Assembly (NCBI GenBank): GCA_963702425.1
Contig: CAVPCQ010000032.1
Coordinates: forward strand, 1-64,000
DNA: 64,000 bases
Direction: 5' to 3'
Origin: an uncultured Acidobacteriota bacterium
GTDB lineage: Bacteria; Acidobacteriota; Polarisedimenticolia; J045
Both the position numbers and the translations under genes were made by a program. Of this stretch, positions 19,773-28,240 are shown one piece after another. The notes under the pieces were generated by a model. The model saw only the letters and a list, made by a program, of their open reading frames with translations, was not told where the DNA came from and made no database searches. Position 1 is the first letter of the stretch, and each line of letters opens with the position of its first letter.

Positions 19773-20830
19773 GCGACGAACAGGAGGTCATCAAGATCAC
19801 TGCCGAGGAGCTGGCGGAGATCACGCCGGAAGCGCCCTCGAGCGTGGTTGCGCCGGTCTTCTCCCCTGCGGACCCAAAGGCGAAACACTACGGCAACATC
19901 AACGCCGAACCGGAATTGTCTGCCGTATCCGAGCGGCCCGGGAGCATCCTCTTGCAGGGCTGGTTCTACCTGGGTGTAGCGGGACTGCTGGGGGCCGCCA
20001 TCGGCTGGGGCGTGTGCGAACCGAGCTTCATGGACGGCCCGCAAGGGCACGCATGGGGCAATACCTGGATGATCCCCGCCCTGGTGACGATGATGTGCCT
20101 CGGATTCGCCATTGCCGAGAGCGTCGTCGAAAGGTCGATCCAGAAGGCGCTTGTCCGCTGTGCTCTGGCGGTTCCGCTGGGCGTGATCCTCGGCTTCTTT
20201 TTCGAAGTATTCGCGAATGTGATCTTCAGTATTGGGCTGGAGATTGCTTTTCAACTGGGAGTTCGCAGCGAGCACAACCCGATCTTCTGGATTGCGCGCG
20301 GACTCGCATGGACGGAAATCGGGGTTGTCGGAGGCCTTACCTACGGCGTAATTGGCCGATCAATGAAGAAGGCGAAGTACGGCATCCTGGGTGGCATGCT
20401 CGGGGCCGGCCTGGGCGGCATCATTTTCGATCCCATTGCCCTCGCCCTCAGCGGAGCCGCTCCCAGCAGGGCGGTCGGCTTTGGACTCCTTGGTCTGGCC
20501 ACCGGCGTCGCCATGGGCCTCGTGGAGAGCGCTCTGAAGGACCGCTGGCTGTACGTGTTCGGCGGCCCGCTCGCCGGCAAGCAGTTCATCCTGTACAAGA
20601 ACGTCACGACGATCGGAAGCCGCCAGCAGTGCGACATCTATCTTTTTAAGGACTCAAGCATCCTACCCGAGCACGCGTTCCTCGAAAGTCGCGGAAGCCG
20701 CATCCAGCTTCGCGCTGTCGGGCCGGTGCATCTGTCCGGGCAGCCTGTCCATCTGCGGGTCCTTCAGAATGGCGACCTCATCCAGATCGGCCGCTACTCG
20801 TTCCGCTACCAGGAGAAGCACCGGACGTGA
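19769..20830 (+). CDS. polytopic membrane protein with C-terminal FHA domain
   Basis: several Gly-rich TM helices; GPLAGKQFIL..TTIGS..CDI..H..LQNGDLIQIG FHA pattern; ATGA overlap with JAB gene. Confidence 0.85.
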   Translation: MSDEQEVIKITAEELAEITPEAPSSVVAPVFSPADPKAKHYGNINAEPELSAVSERPGSILLQGWFYLGVAGLLGAAIGWGVCEPSFMDGPQGHAWGNTWMIPALVTMMCLGFAIAESVVERSIQKALVRCALAVPLGVILGFFFEVFANVIFSIGLEIAFQLGVRSEHNPIFWIARGLAWTEIGVVGGLTYGVIGRSMKKAKYGILGGMLGAGLGGIIFDPIALALSGAAPSRAVGFGLLGLATGVAMGLVESALKDRWLYVFGGPLAGKQFILYKNVTTIGSRQQCDIYLFKDSSILPEHAFLESRGSRIQLRAVGPVHLSGQPVHLRVLQNGDLIQIGRYSFRYQEKHRT

Positions 20831-21456
20831 GCGATCCTCTCTGTCCCTACTGTCGCACGGAGATCGACCCGTCAGAGTGCGAGACGCATTACTGCCCTTC
20901 CTGCGGCGCGCCGCACCACCCCGACTGCTTCGAGGATAACCGCGGTTGTACCGTCTTCGGCTGTAGGTCTGCGCCGGTGGAGGAACCCAAGCTGCACATC
21001 TCCGCCGGTGAATTAGGGGCCTCCGACACACGGGCCGCGGTGCTTTCGGCGTCAGGCGCAGACGTTGCGCCCCCTCCCCCTCCGCCTCCCCCGCCGCCGG
21101 CACCGCGAAGTGGCGTTGCGGAACCTCCGCTGGGTTCGGGCCCCATCCCGCCGCCGGTTCCCGTCCCTGAGAAGGAGCTCTTCAGCAGCCTGGGATTCCG
21201 CGCGGCGGCGCCTAGTGCTTCGGCTCCGGCCCCAGCTCCGGATGCCAAGGACCGATTGACGTATGTTATGCTCGGGATCTTCTTGGGACCGTTCGGTGCT
21301 CACAGTTTTTACGCCGGCTTCATCAGCAGAGGGCTGGCGCAGCTGGCGATCACGGTCCTCACTCTCGGGTTCGGCGCGCTGATCGCCTGGGTCTGGGCCG
21401 TCGTGGAGGTTTGCACGATCGAGAAGGACAGTCGCGGCATGCAAATGAGGACATAG
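20827..21456 (+). CDS. prokaryotic RING finger (Prok-RING_1-like) plus TM2/NINE domain; putative E3
   Basis: CPYC..CPSC-GAPHHPDC..C-TVFG-C; poly-Pro linker; LGIFLGPFGAHSFYAG TM2 motif; GTGA overlap. Confidence 0.85.
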   Translation: MSDPLCPYCRTEIDPSECETHYCPSCGAPHHPDCFEDNRGCTVFGCRSAPVEEPKLHISAGELGASDTRAAVLSASGADVAPPPPPPPPPPAPRSGVAEPPLGSGPIPPPVPVPEKELFSSLGFRAAAPSASAPAPAPDAKDRLTYVMLGIFLGPFGAHSFYAGFISRGLAQLAITVLTLGFGALIAWVWAVVEVCTIEKDSRGMQMRT

Positions 21457-21465
21457 GAGACGCAG

Positions 21466-22098
21466 ATGAACTACTTCGTCAAACGTGGTGAGGACCGATT
21501 CGGCCCCTACTCCCTGGCTGACCTTCAGCATTACGTTCAAACCGGCAGCGTTGCGCTCGAGGACCTCGCCCAGAGCGAAGGCATGACCGATTGGGTCCCG
21601 GTGTCCCAGGTGATCGGCGATATTCCCGTTCCGGCCACCGTCGAAGGACCGGGAACAGTCGCTGCACCGGTGGCGGAGCCGAGCGTCCCCCTGCCGCCCA
21701 ATCTCAACTGGTCGATCGTCCTGCTGCTTACATTCGTAACCTGTGGTCTGTTCAGCATCGTCTGGGGGTTCATTCTGGCGACCTGGGCGAAGAAATTGGA
21801 TCGTGACAACCGCTCGGTCGTTTTCATGTTGATCTACGCCGTACTCTCCATTCTGGCGGTCGGCATTGAGGTGAGCGGGGAGCAGCCCGGACTCAGCCTG
21901 TTCGCGCGACTGGGCGGCGCCGTCTGCTACCTGGTCTCGGTGTTCGGGATCAGGTCTTCGATGGAAAGGTACTATACCAGTACAGAAGATATAGGCCTGA
22001 GCCTGAACGGTACCATGACGTTCTTCTTCAACATTTTCTACTTCCAATACCACGTCAATCGCCTCCACCGCTGGAAGCAGACAGGTGTCCTGTCGTAG
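21466..22098 (+). CDS. GYF_2 domain membrane protein (DUF4234-like TM region)
   Basis: YFVKRGEDRFGPYS..EGMTDWVPV GYF_2 pattern; LLTFVTCGLF and YFQYHVN TM region. Confidence 0.8.
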   Translation: MNYFVKRGEDRFGPYSLADLQHYVQTGSVALEDLAQSEGMTDWVPVSQVIGDIPVPATVEGPGTVAAPVAEPSVPLPPNLNWSIVLLLTFVTCGLFSIVWGFILATWAKKLDRDNRSVVFMLIYAVLSILAVGIEVSGEQPGLSLFARLGGAVCYLVSVFGIRSSMERYYTSTEDIGLSLNGTMTFFFNIFYFQYHVNRLHRWKQTGVLS

Positions 22099-22188
22099 TC
22101 CGATGAATCGGTTCGGACAGGTGCGGGCGCACTCCTGCCTGGGAATCGTTCCAGGTCGCCTCGGACTCATGTCCGATCGGGAACGCTG

Positions 22189-22791
22189 ATGATCTCGCCA
22201 CGTGTTCGTCGTCTGCAGCACGATTTTGAAATCCTGCGCCGACGTCTCGACAATTGGCCGCTGATCAAGATCACCGGCACTGCCGGGCTGCCGCCCGAGA
22301 TGTACCGTTTCACATATTACGTTCGCGGCCTTTATGTCGATCCTGGTGGCGACATTCTGGAGCGCGAGACTCACGTGCTCGAAGTGAATCTCTCACTCGG
22401 ATACCCGCGCCGTGCGCCCCAGTGCAGGATGTTGACCCCCGTCTTTCATCCCAACTTCGATGAAGCCACGGTCTGTGTAGGGGACTTCTGGGCCGCCTCG
22501 GAAGGTCTCGATGATCTGGTGATACGAATCGGCTACATGATCGCTTACCAGGAGTACAACACCAAGAGCCCTCTGAACGGCCTGGCGGCAAGATGGGCTG
22601 CGCAGAACATCCATCTCCTGCCGGTCGATGCCCGGACCATCGCGCCGCCGCAGCCCGAGCCGCAGAGTTTCGCGGACGCTGACCAGACCGAGCCGGAGAG
22701 CTCCGCACAGCAGGCCGCGAAGCCGGCCCCGGAAACCCCGGACTCACGTCCCTCGACCGCTCCCTGGTCAGAGAAGATCGTTATCCGCTAG
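22189..22791 (+). CDS. E2 ubiquitin-conjugating enzyme
   Basis: YPRRAP..TPVFHPNF..VC (HPN plus catalytic Cys); SPLNGLAA. Confidence 0.92.
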   Translation: MISPRVRRLQHDFEILRRRLDNWPLIKITGTAGLPPEMYRFTYYVRGLYVDPGGDILERETHVLEVNLSLGYPRRAPQCRMLTPVFHPNFDEATVCVGDFWAASEGLDDLVIRIGYMIAYQEYNTKSPLNGLAARWAAQNIHLLPVDARTIAPPQPEPQSFADADQTEPESSAQQAAKPAPETPDSRPSTAPWSEKIVIR

Positions 22792-23088
22792 CCGGATCTC
22801 GCCAGTCCTGGGCGTCAGCGAACACTCGGGTTCGCCCACCGTGAACGTCACGTCCGTCCTGCTCACGCGCTCTCCACAGGCAACCGCTCCCCCACAAGGC
22901 GCACCCCCCGGCCCGTGGCTTCCACCGGGATGTCGGCGATGTGCATCGGGATGGTGTCCGACAGCGGGAAAGGGCGATTCCGCTCGTGTTCCGTGACGGG
23001 AACCGAGCAGCACCATCGAGCCCCAAGGGGCCGCGGCCCCGAGGCCGCGCCGCCGTCATCAGGGTCCGAAATCGCTTCGCTCCCTCAC

Positions 23089-25005
23089 TCACGCCAGAAT
23101 CTGCGCTTCCATCGGCGCGAGGTCCACGAACAGCGCTGCCAGTTCGCCGGCTGCCACCACCGCATCGTTGCGAAAGACGCGCCCATCCGTGATGAGTTGG
23201 ACCGTATCGCCGCCCCGCGTGCCGCGGTTGCTGAAGCACACCGACATCGGTCGCGGCTGCCGGTTGAGATCCGCGTCCACCAGCACGAACCCCTTGAAGC
23301 GCTGGGTCGTACTCGTATTGGCCACCACCAGCACCTCGGCATCCGAGAGGATACGGCTGAAGGCGACGACGCCGCCCAAGCCCCCGCCGTGCCCGAAGTC
23401 GCGGCCGTTCCCCGAGACCTCGCGGAAGTACAACCGGCCGTACCGCAAGGCCGGGCGCTCCCGGCGGCATCGGCTGAGATCCCGGATCGCGGTGTAGATG
23501 GGGGCGTTTCGGTCGAATGCGCCCGGCTTGCCCCAGAGCGCTTCCCGTGACGACTCGTTGGACGTCAGGTCGGGATTCCCGTTGGCGTCCTTCGTCCCGT
23601 CGAGACCCTGTTCGTCGCCGTAGTAGACCGACGGGATGCCCTGCAGCCCGAACATCAACGAGTAGCCGAGCGTAATCTGGTCGGCGTACGACTGGGGGTG
23701 GTTGAAACGCCGCTTCTGGTCATGGTTGTCGAGGAAGCTGACGAAGTAGCGCCCGGCCTCGCCGTGCGTGCTGAGCAGTTCCTTTTCCACCGCCTTGCGG
23801 TCCTCAAACACCCGGCGCAGCGTTTCGACCGGCTCCATGCTCTTCGCCACCGCCGGCAGTTTGTAGAACAGGGGGAAGTCGAGCGCCGCGTCCACCCCGA
23901 AACTGCCCGCCTCCGACGTGTTGCGCCCCACGAACGCGGCAATCGCCTGCTCGTCGTCGTAGACCTCCGCAAAGGTGAAGAAGTTCTTCTTGCCGATGCT
24001 CAGCGCGAACTCGCGGGTGGCGTTGCCGAAGTACTCGATCATCTGCGGGTGGACGTACTTCACCGTGTCGATTCGGAACCCGTCGAACCCGTATCGCGCC
24101 AGAAGGTACGAGTAGGCCCCGACGAGCGCTGACAGCACGGGGTGCCGACCGAGCGCCCTGCGCACCGCCTCCTGCCCCGCGACCGCCGCGTCGTACTCGA
24201 CGACGAGCTGGCGCATCGTGTCGAAGTCGCCGCGAACGAACGTGTCCGGCAGCACCTGGCCGCCGGGCTCGCGCGGCACGTCGTCGGTCAGCTTCGAACC
24301 GCGCCGGCGAAAGAACAGGTGCGACCGCAGCTCCTCAGGGTACACCGCATCGTCGGCCGAGATGGCGGTGTTGGGCGGAAAGCCGTCCTCCCAGTCCGCG
24401 CGGGGGAACCCCAGGCCGTTCAGCCAGCGGACGGACGGCTCGGCGCCCAGCGCAGCGTTCATGACGCCGTGATCGGCGACCACCGCACGGCCCTCGCCGT
24501 CGACCACGTAGTCGAACACGCGGCCCGCGTGGTTGAGAACGATGTCGAGCACGACGTAGATGCCGCGGGCGTGTGCCGCGTCAACGAGCTCGAGCAGCTC
24601 GGCTTCGGCCGTCTGACGGGTGCCGTCCGAGGCGAAGCGCTCGTCGATGTTGAGGAAGTCCTGCGTCGCGTAGCCGTGGTAGTTGAACTCCCAATCGTCG
24701 GGCCGCGGGTTCTTGACGACCGGGCTCAACCAGACCGCGCCGCAGCCGAGCTCGCGGAGGTAGTCGAGCTGGGCCGTGACGCCCTTGAACGTCCCGCCCT
24801 GGCGCCTCGAATAGGCGCGATCCCACGTGCAGGCGGGCGCGACGTCCGTGTTGTTGAACCGGTCGATGAAGACGAAGTAGATCCACACGTCGCGCCAGTC
24901 GGCCGGGGATGGGTGGGTGTGCCCCGCGAGCGCCGCCGCCCGCGCATCGGCGATGGCCTGCCGGATCGAGGGATCGTCGAGTCGCGTGATCTCTGTGTGG
25001 CTCAT
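23089..25005 (-). CDS. alpha-amylase family GH13 glycosidase
   Basis: YHGY, DIVLNH, GFRIDTVKY, AEVY, FLDNHD, GIPSVYYGDEQ. Confidence 0.93.
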   Translation of the reverse strand: MSHTEITRLDDPSIRQAIADARAAALAGHTHPSPADWRDVWIYFVFIDRFNNTDVAPACTWDRAYSRRQGGTFKGVTAQLDYLRELGCGAVWLSPVVKNPRPDDWEFNYHGYATQDFLNIDERFASDGTRQTAEAELLELVDAAHARGIYVVLDIVLNHAGRVFDYVVDGEGRAVVADHGVMNAALGAEPSVRWLNGLGFPRADWEDGFPPNTAISADDAVYPEELRSHLFFRRRGSKLTDDVPREPGGQVLPDTFVRGDFDTMRQLVVEYDAAVAGQEAVRRALGRHPVLSALVGAYSYLLARYGFDGFRIDTVKYVHPQMIEYFGNATREFALSIGKKNFFTFAEVYDDEQAIAAFVGRNTSEAGSFGVDAALDFPLFYKLPAVAKSMEPVETLRRVFEDRKAVEKELLSTHGEAGRYFVSFLDNHDQKRRFNHPQSYADQITLGYSLMFGLQGIPSVYYGDEQGLDGTKDANGNPDLTSNESSREALWGKPGAFDRNAPIYTAIRDLSRCRRERPALRYGRLYFREVSGNGRDFGHGGGLGGVVAFSRILSDAEVLVVANTSTTQRFKGFVLVDADLNRQPRPMSVCFSNRGTRGGDTVQLITDGRVFRNDAVVAAGELAALFVDLAPMEAQILA

Positions 25006-25369
25006 GGAGTTCCTTCACCCTTCGGAGTCTGAGATCGAACCGGCAGCCGGCGTTCCGAATCCGGCCTGTCCCCAGCCGCGGTTGTCGGGGACGTCCGCCC
25101 AGGAGTGGGTCTCATGGCGCGGCTCGACGGGGTGGATTCCGCACGTCCGGCCCGTCCGGCACGACTCAACGGCGTTGACGGTGAACTCGTACCGCCTGGA
25201 CGCAGCGCAACCGGGTCCGGATTTCACTGCCCATGAAAGGACCATACGCGAGGATTGAAACGCTGTCTATGAACCGGCCAAGTCCGCCGTGCATTCGCGC
25301 ACGCGGCGAGCCGACCGCCGACCCGGGTGATCTGCAACGGGATGAGAACGCCCTCGGGCGTCACGCCTT

Positions 25370-25790
25370 GGTGAACCCACGGCGCGTCGTTCTTCACCGG
25401 CGGCGGCCCCTCGCTGTCGTCGGCCGCCGAAGCGGACGCCAGCCACCCGGCGATCTGTGGATCGCTCTTCGACACCCCACCCTGCGCATTGCACTCGAGC
25501 GAAACGGGGGCCGGGGCTCTCACCGTCGGCGGCGTGGTGTCATGGACCGTGACATCGGCTGAGCAGCTCACCGCTTGTTCGTCGCGTCCTCGGGGGTTGA
25601 GGAGACACCGGTCGTCCCGACCGGGAATCGCGCCAGCGCGTCGTCCGACTCCGTGGGCGGGTCCGTACACTCGTCCGGCGCCGTGAAGTCCTCGAAGAAC
25701 GCCACCAGCCGAGAATCGCCGAACGGCGTGCGTTTTCGGTCCGATCACGACGTCGTCGCGGCGGCGTTGAAGCTGCCTTCGTAGTGCTGT
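25370..25790 (-). pseudogene. HYR-like repeat protein remnant
   Basis: CSADVTVHDTTPPTVRAPAPVSLEC..NDAP and FPVGTT fall in different frames; no start. Confidence 0.5.
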
Positions 25791-26042
25791 CCACCGCGGT
25801 TGCCCACCGTCGCGGCGTAGAAGATCCCGGCGTTCACCGCGTTGCGCTTCGCTCCCGCCACTGGCCCGTCCTCGAACAGCGATTCCTGCCCTGCATCAGG
25901 TCATCGGTGATCGCGCTCATCCCGCGGGATAGCCGCGAGCGTGTTGATCGCGTTGATCATCGCGGCCGCGCTGCCGCCGCAGAGCGCCAGCCCTGCCCCG
26001 GTGCCTCGAGGGTGCCTGCGCCGCCGCCCGCGCCGCAGCGCC

Positions 26043-27902
26043 CTACCCAGCATCGCGACGCCGCAGCTCGGATGCCATCGCCTCCCAACGCCCGCGCTCC
26101 GCGGCGCCGGCCTTCGCGGCTTCGGCCGATCCGATCGCTCTTTCCAGGCCCTCCGTGAGCTCACGGCGCCGCCCGTCGTTCGGCAGTTCCTCATGGAGAG
26201 CACGGAGCACCTCGATCGACTCGGCGCGGCTCGCGATCGCCTCGTCGAGGGCACCTTCGGAGGCCTGGACGGCCGCCAGCTGCTCGAGCGCTGAAGCGGT
26301 CCATCGACGGTACTCGGGCTCCTCCGGATCGTTGGTCGCTGCTTCCCGAACCAGCGACAGCGCGGCTTCCGCATACGGGCGCGCGCGATCCGGCGCAGCG
26401 CCGGCGTGGTAGTAGTGCGCGAGATTGCCAGCGGCCCAGTAGGCCATGCCCACGTCGTCGATCGAAAGCTCCGCGGCGATCAGCGGCCCCAGCAGACGGC
26501 AAACGGCGCGGCATTCGGTGATCGCCCGCAGGTGGAGTTCCTGTCTCGCCGGGCCCGGTGGAGGGGGGCTCCCGAAGACGCGGAACATCTCGACTTGCGC
26601 CCGGCCGAAGCGAAGCGTCGCGACCCACCGTCGCTCTTCGGGTGACAGCTCGTCCTCGGTCTTGTCGACGAGCGCATGAACGGCGCGTCGTCTCTCGGCG
26701 CGTTCCGACGCCTCGAGGTCGGCCGTGCGCGGGTAGAGCCCGAGGATCGCCTCGCGCTCGATCTGGCTCTCGCGCTGGCCGAGGTAGGACCCCTTCAGGA
26801 TCGCCCGTTCGGTCGGGCTGTGCGCACTGCGGAAGATCGTCACGGCGAGGCCGGACTCGAAGGCCGCGACGATGCGCACGTCAAGGTCGTTCTCTTCAGG
26901 GGTCACGACCTGCGCAGCGTCGCGCTCCTGCCCGACGAGCGAAATCCCGAACGTCGCTCCCTTCCTAATGAGCGTCGCGAGCGGCGGGATCTCCAACTTC
27001 TGTTCGAGGTGCGGAACGGTCGGTCCTCCTTGATACGACGACACCGCGCCCTGCGGCTGCCAGCTCTCCCCGCTGAACTCGAAGTCGAATGTCGCGGGCA
27101 GGTCGCGCAGATCCGTTCCGTCGTGCTGTGCGGAAAGCCGTTCCACGCGACCGAACCACTGGAAGCGTCCGTCGACGCGTTTCCCGTCGGATCGGATCAA
27201 GTCATGGTCGAGCTCTTCGACTCCCATCCAGGCGGGCCAGGTGTGTTCCTCGCGGTAATGCGCGAACAGGAACCACATCGGCTGCGAGAACAGGCGGTCG
27301 AACTCGAGGCCGATCGCAAGGACCTTGCCCCGCGGCAGGGCCATGTGGCGGAACGAGATCTGGATTCTCCGGATCGGTTCCTCGCGCACCTCGCCGAGGG
27401 ACCCCGCAAGTTCCGGAAGGACCTGGGCGGCCTCCATCTCGCTCTGCCGGGCGGCGAGCGCCTCTTGCAGGGCCGCGTCGAGCTCGACGTCACCGAGGGC
27501 CTCCTTTCCCACGATGGCGCGCACGAGCCGGGCACTCACGTCGGGCGAGGCGATACCGGCCGTGGCGTCGAGCATCACCAGTCCCAGCAGTTCGTCCGGT
27601 GGCCGGCAGGGCCGAAGCAGGACCGGCACGATGCGCAGTCCTCGTTTGGCGGCCTCTTCCTTTCCGCGGGCAATCTCCTCGGCGACCCAGCGCGAGGCGA
27701 CCGACGAGGGAGAGAGCAGCAAGCACAGCACGTCGGCCCCTGCGATGCCGCCGCCGAGTTCGCGCTTCAGATCCGCCGAGACCCGGATGTCGAAGACATC
27801 GAGCCACACGGTGCATCCCGAGCGGGCCAGAATGTTCCGTACCGCTCGGGCCTCCATCCTGTCCGCCGAGGAGTACGAGATGAACACGGTGAGATCTGCC
27901 AT
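26043..27902 (-). CDS. TIR domain protein with C-terminal TPR-like helices
   Basis: VFISYSSAD..VWLD..LLSPSSVASRWVAEEI TIR_2 pattern with catalytic-position Glu. Confidence 0.85.
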   Translation of the reverse strand: MADLTVFISYSSADRMEARAVRNILARSGCTVWLDVFDIRVSADLKRELGGGIAGADVLCLLLSPSSVASRWVAEEIARGKEEAAKRGLRIVPVLLRPCRPPDELLGLVMLDATAGIASPDVSARLVRAIVGKEALGDVELDAALQEALAARQSEMEAAQVLPELAGSLGEVREEPIRRIQISFRHMALPRGKVLAIGLEFDRLFSQPMWFLFAHYREEHTWPAWMGVEELDHDLIRSDGKRVDGRFQWFGRVERLSAQHDGTDLRDLPATFDFEFSGESWQPQGAVSSYQGGPTVPHLEQKLEIPPLATLIRKGATFGISLVGQERDAAQVVTPEENDLDVRIVAAFESGLAVTIFRSAHSPTERAILKGSYLGQRESQIEREAILGLYPRTADLEASERAERRRAVHALVDKTEDELSPEERRWVATLRFGRAQVEMFRVFGSPPPPGPARQELHLRAITECRAVCRLLGPLIAAELSIDDVGMAYWAAGNLAHYYHAGAAPDRARPYAEAALSLVREAATNDPEEPEYRRWTASALEQLAAVQASEGALDEAIASRAESIEVLRALHEELPNDGRRRELTEGLERAIGSAEAAKAGAAERGRWEAMASELRRRDAG

Positions 27903-28240
27903 GAGCGGCTCCCGGGGCGTGCCCGATGGGAACGGGTCCAGTTCCGACGCCCGCTCGGCCGGCTAGTCTAGCGCTGATGGGGACCGGGCGAGAACCAGCG
28001 CCAATCACGACACGCTGCGCAGCACGAACGCCGCAGGCCTCGGCACCGTACAGCGGGCGCTGCCGTCCCCGAGCGATTGAGGAGCGCGGGCCCCCCGGTC
28101 CCGCCCAGCCGTGGGGAATCCGGGACCGGCCGCGGCATCGGCTCCGCACGTTCTCCCCTCCCGGCAGCTCGCACCGGGTCCGGTTCGCCTACGTTGTCCA
28201 CGCCGTGCGGTATGTCTCAGGACGGCGGGCAGGAGGCCCG

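Noticed and set aside
22860-22930. Group II intron 5' end (GTGCG on the minus strand)
   Set aside because: No reverse transcriptase or recognisable domain V nearby.
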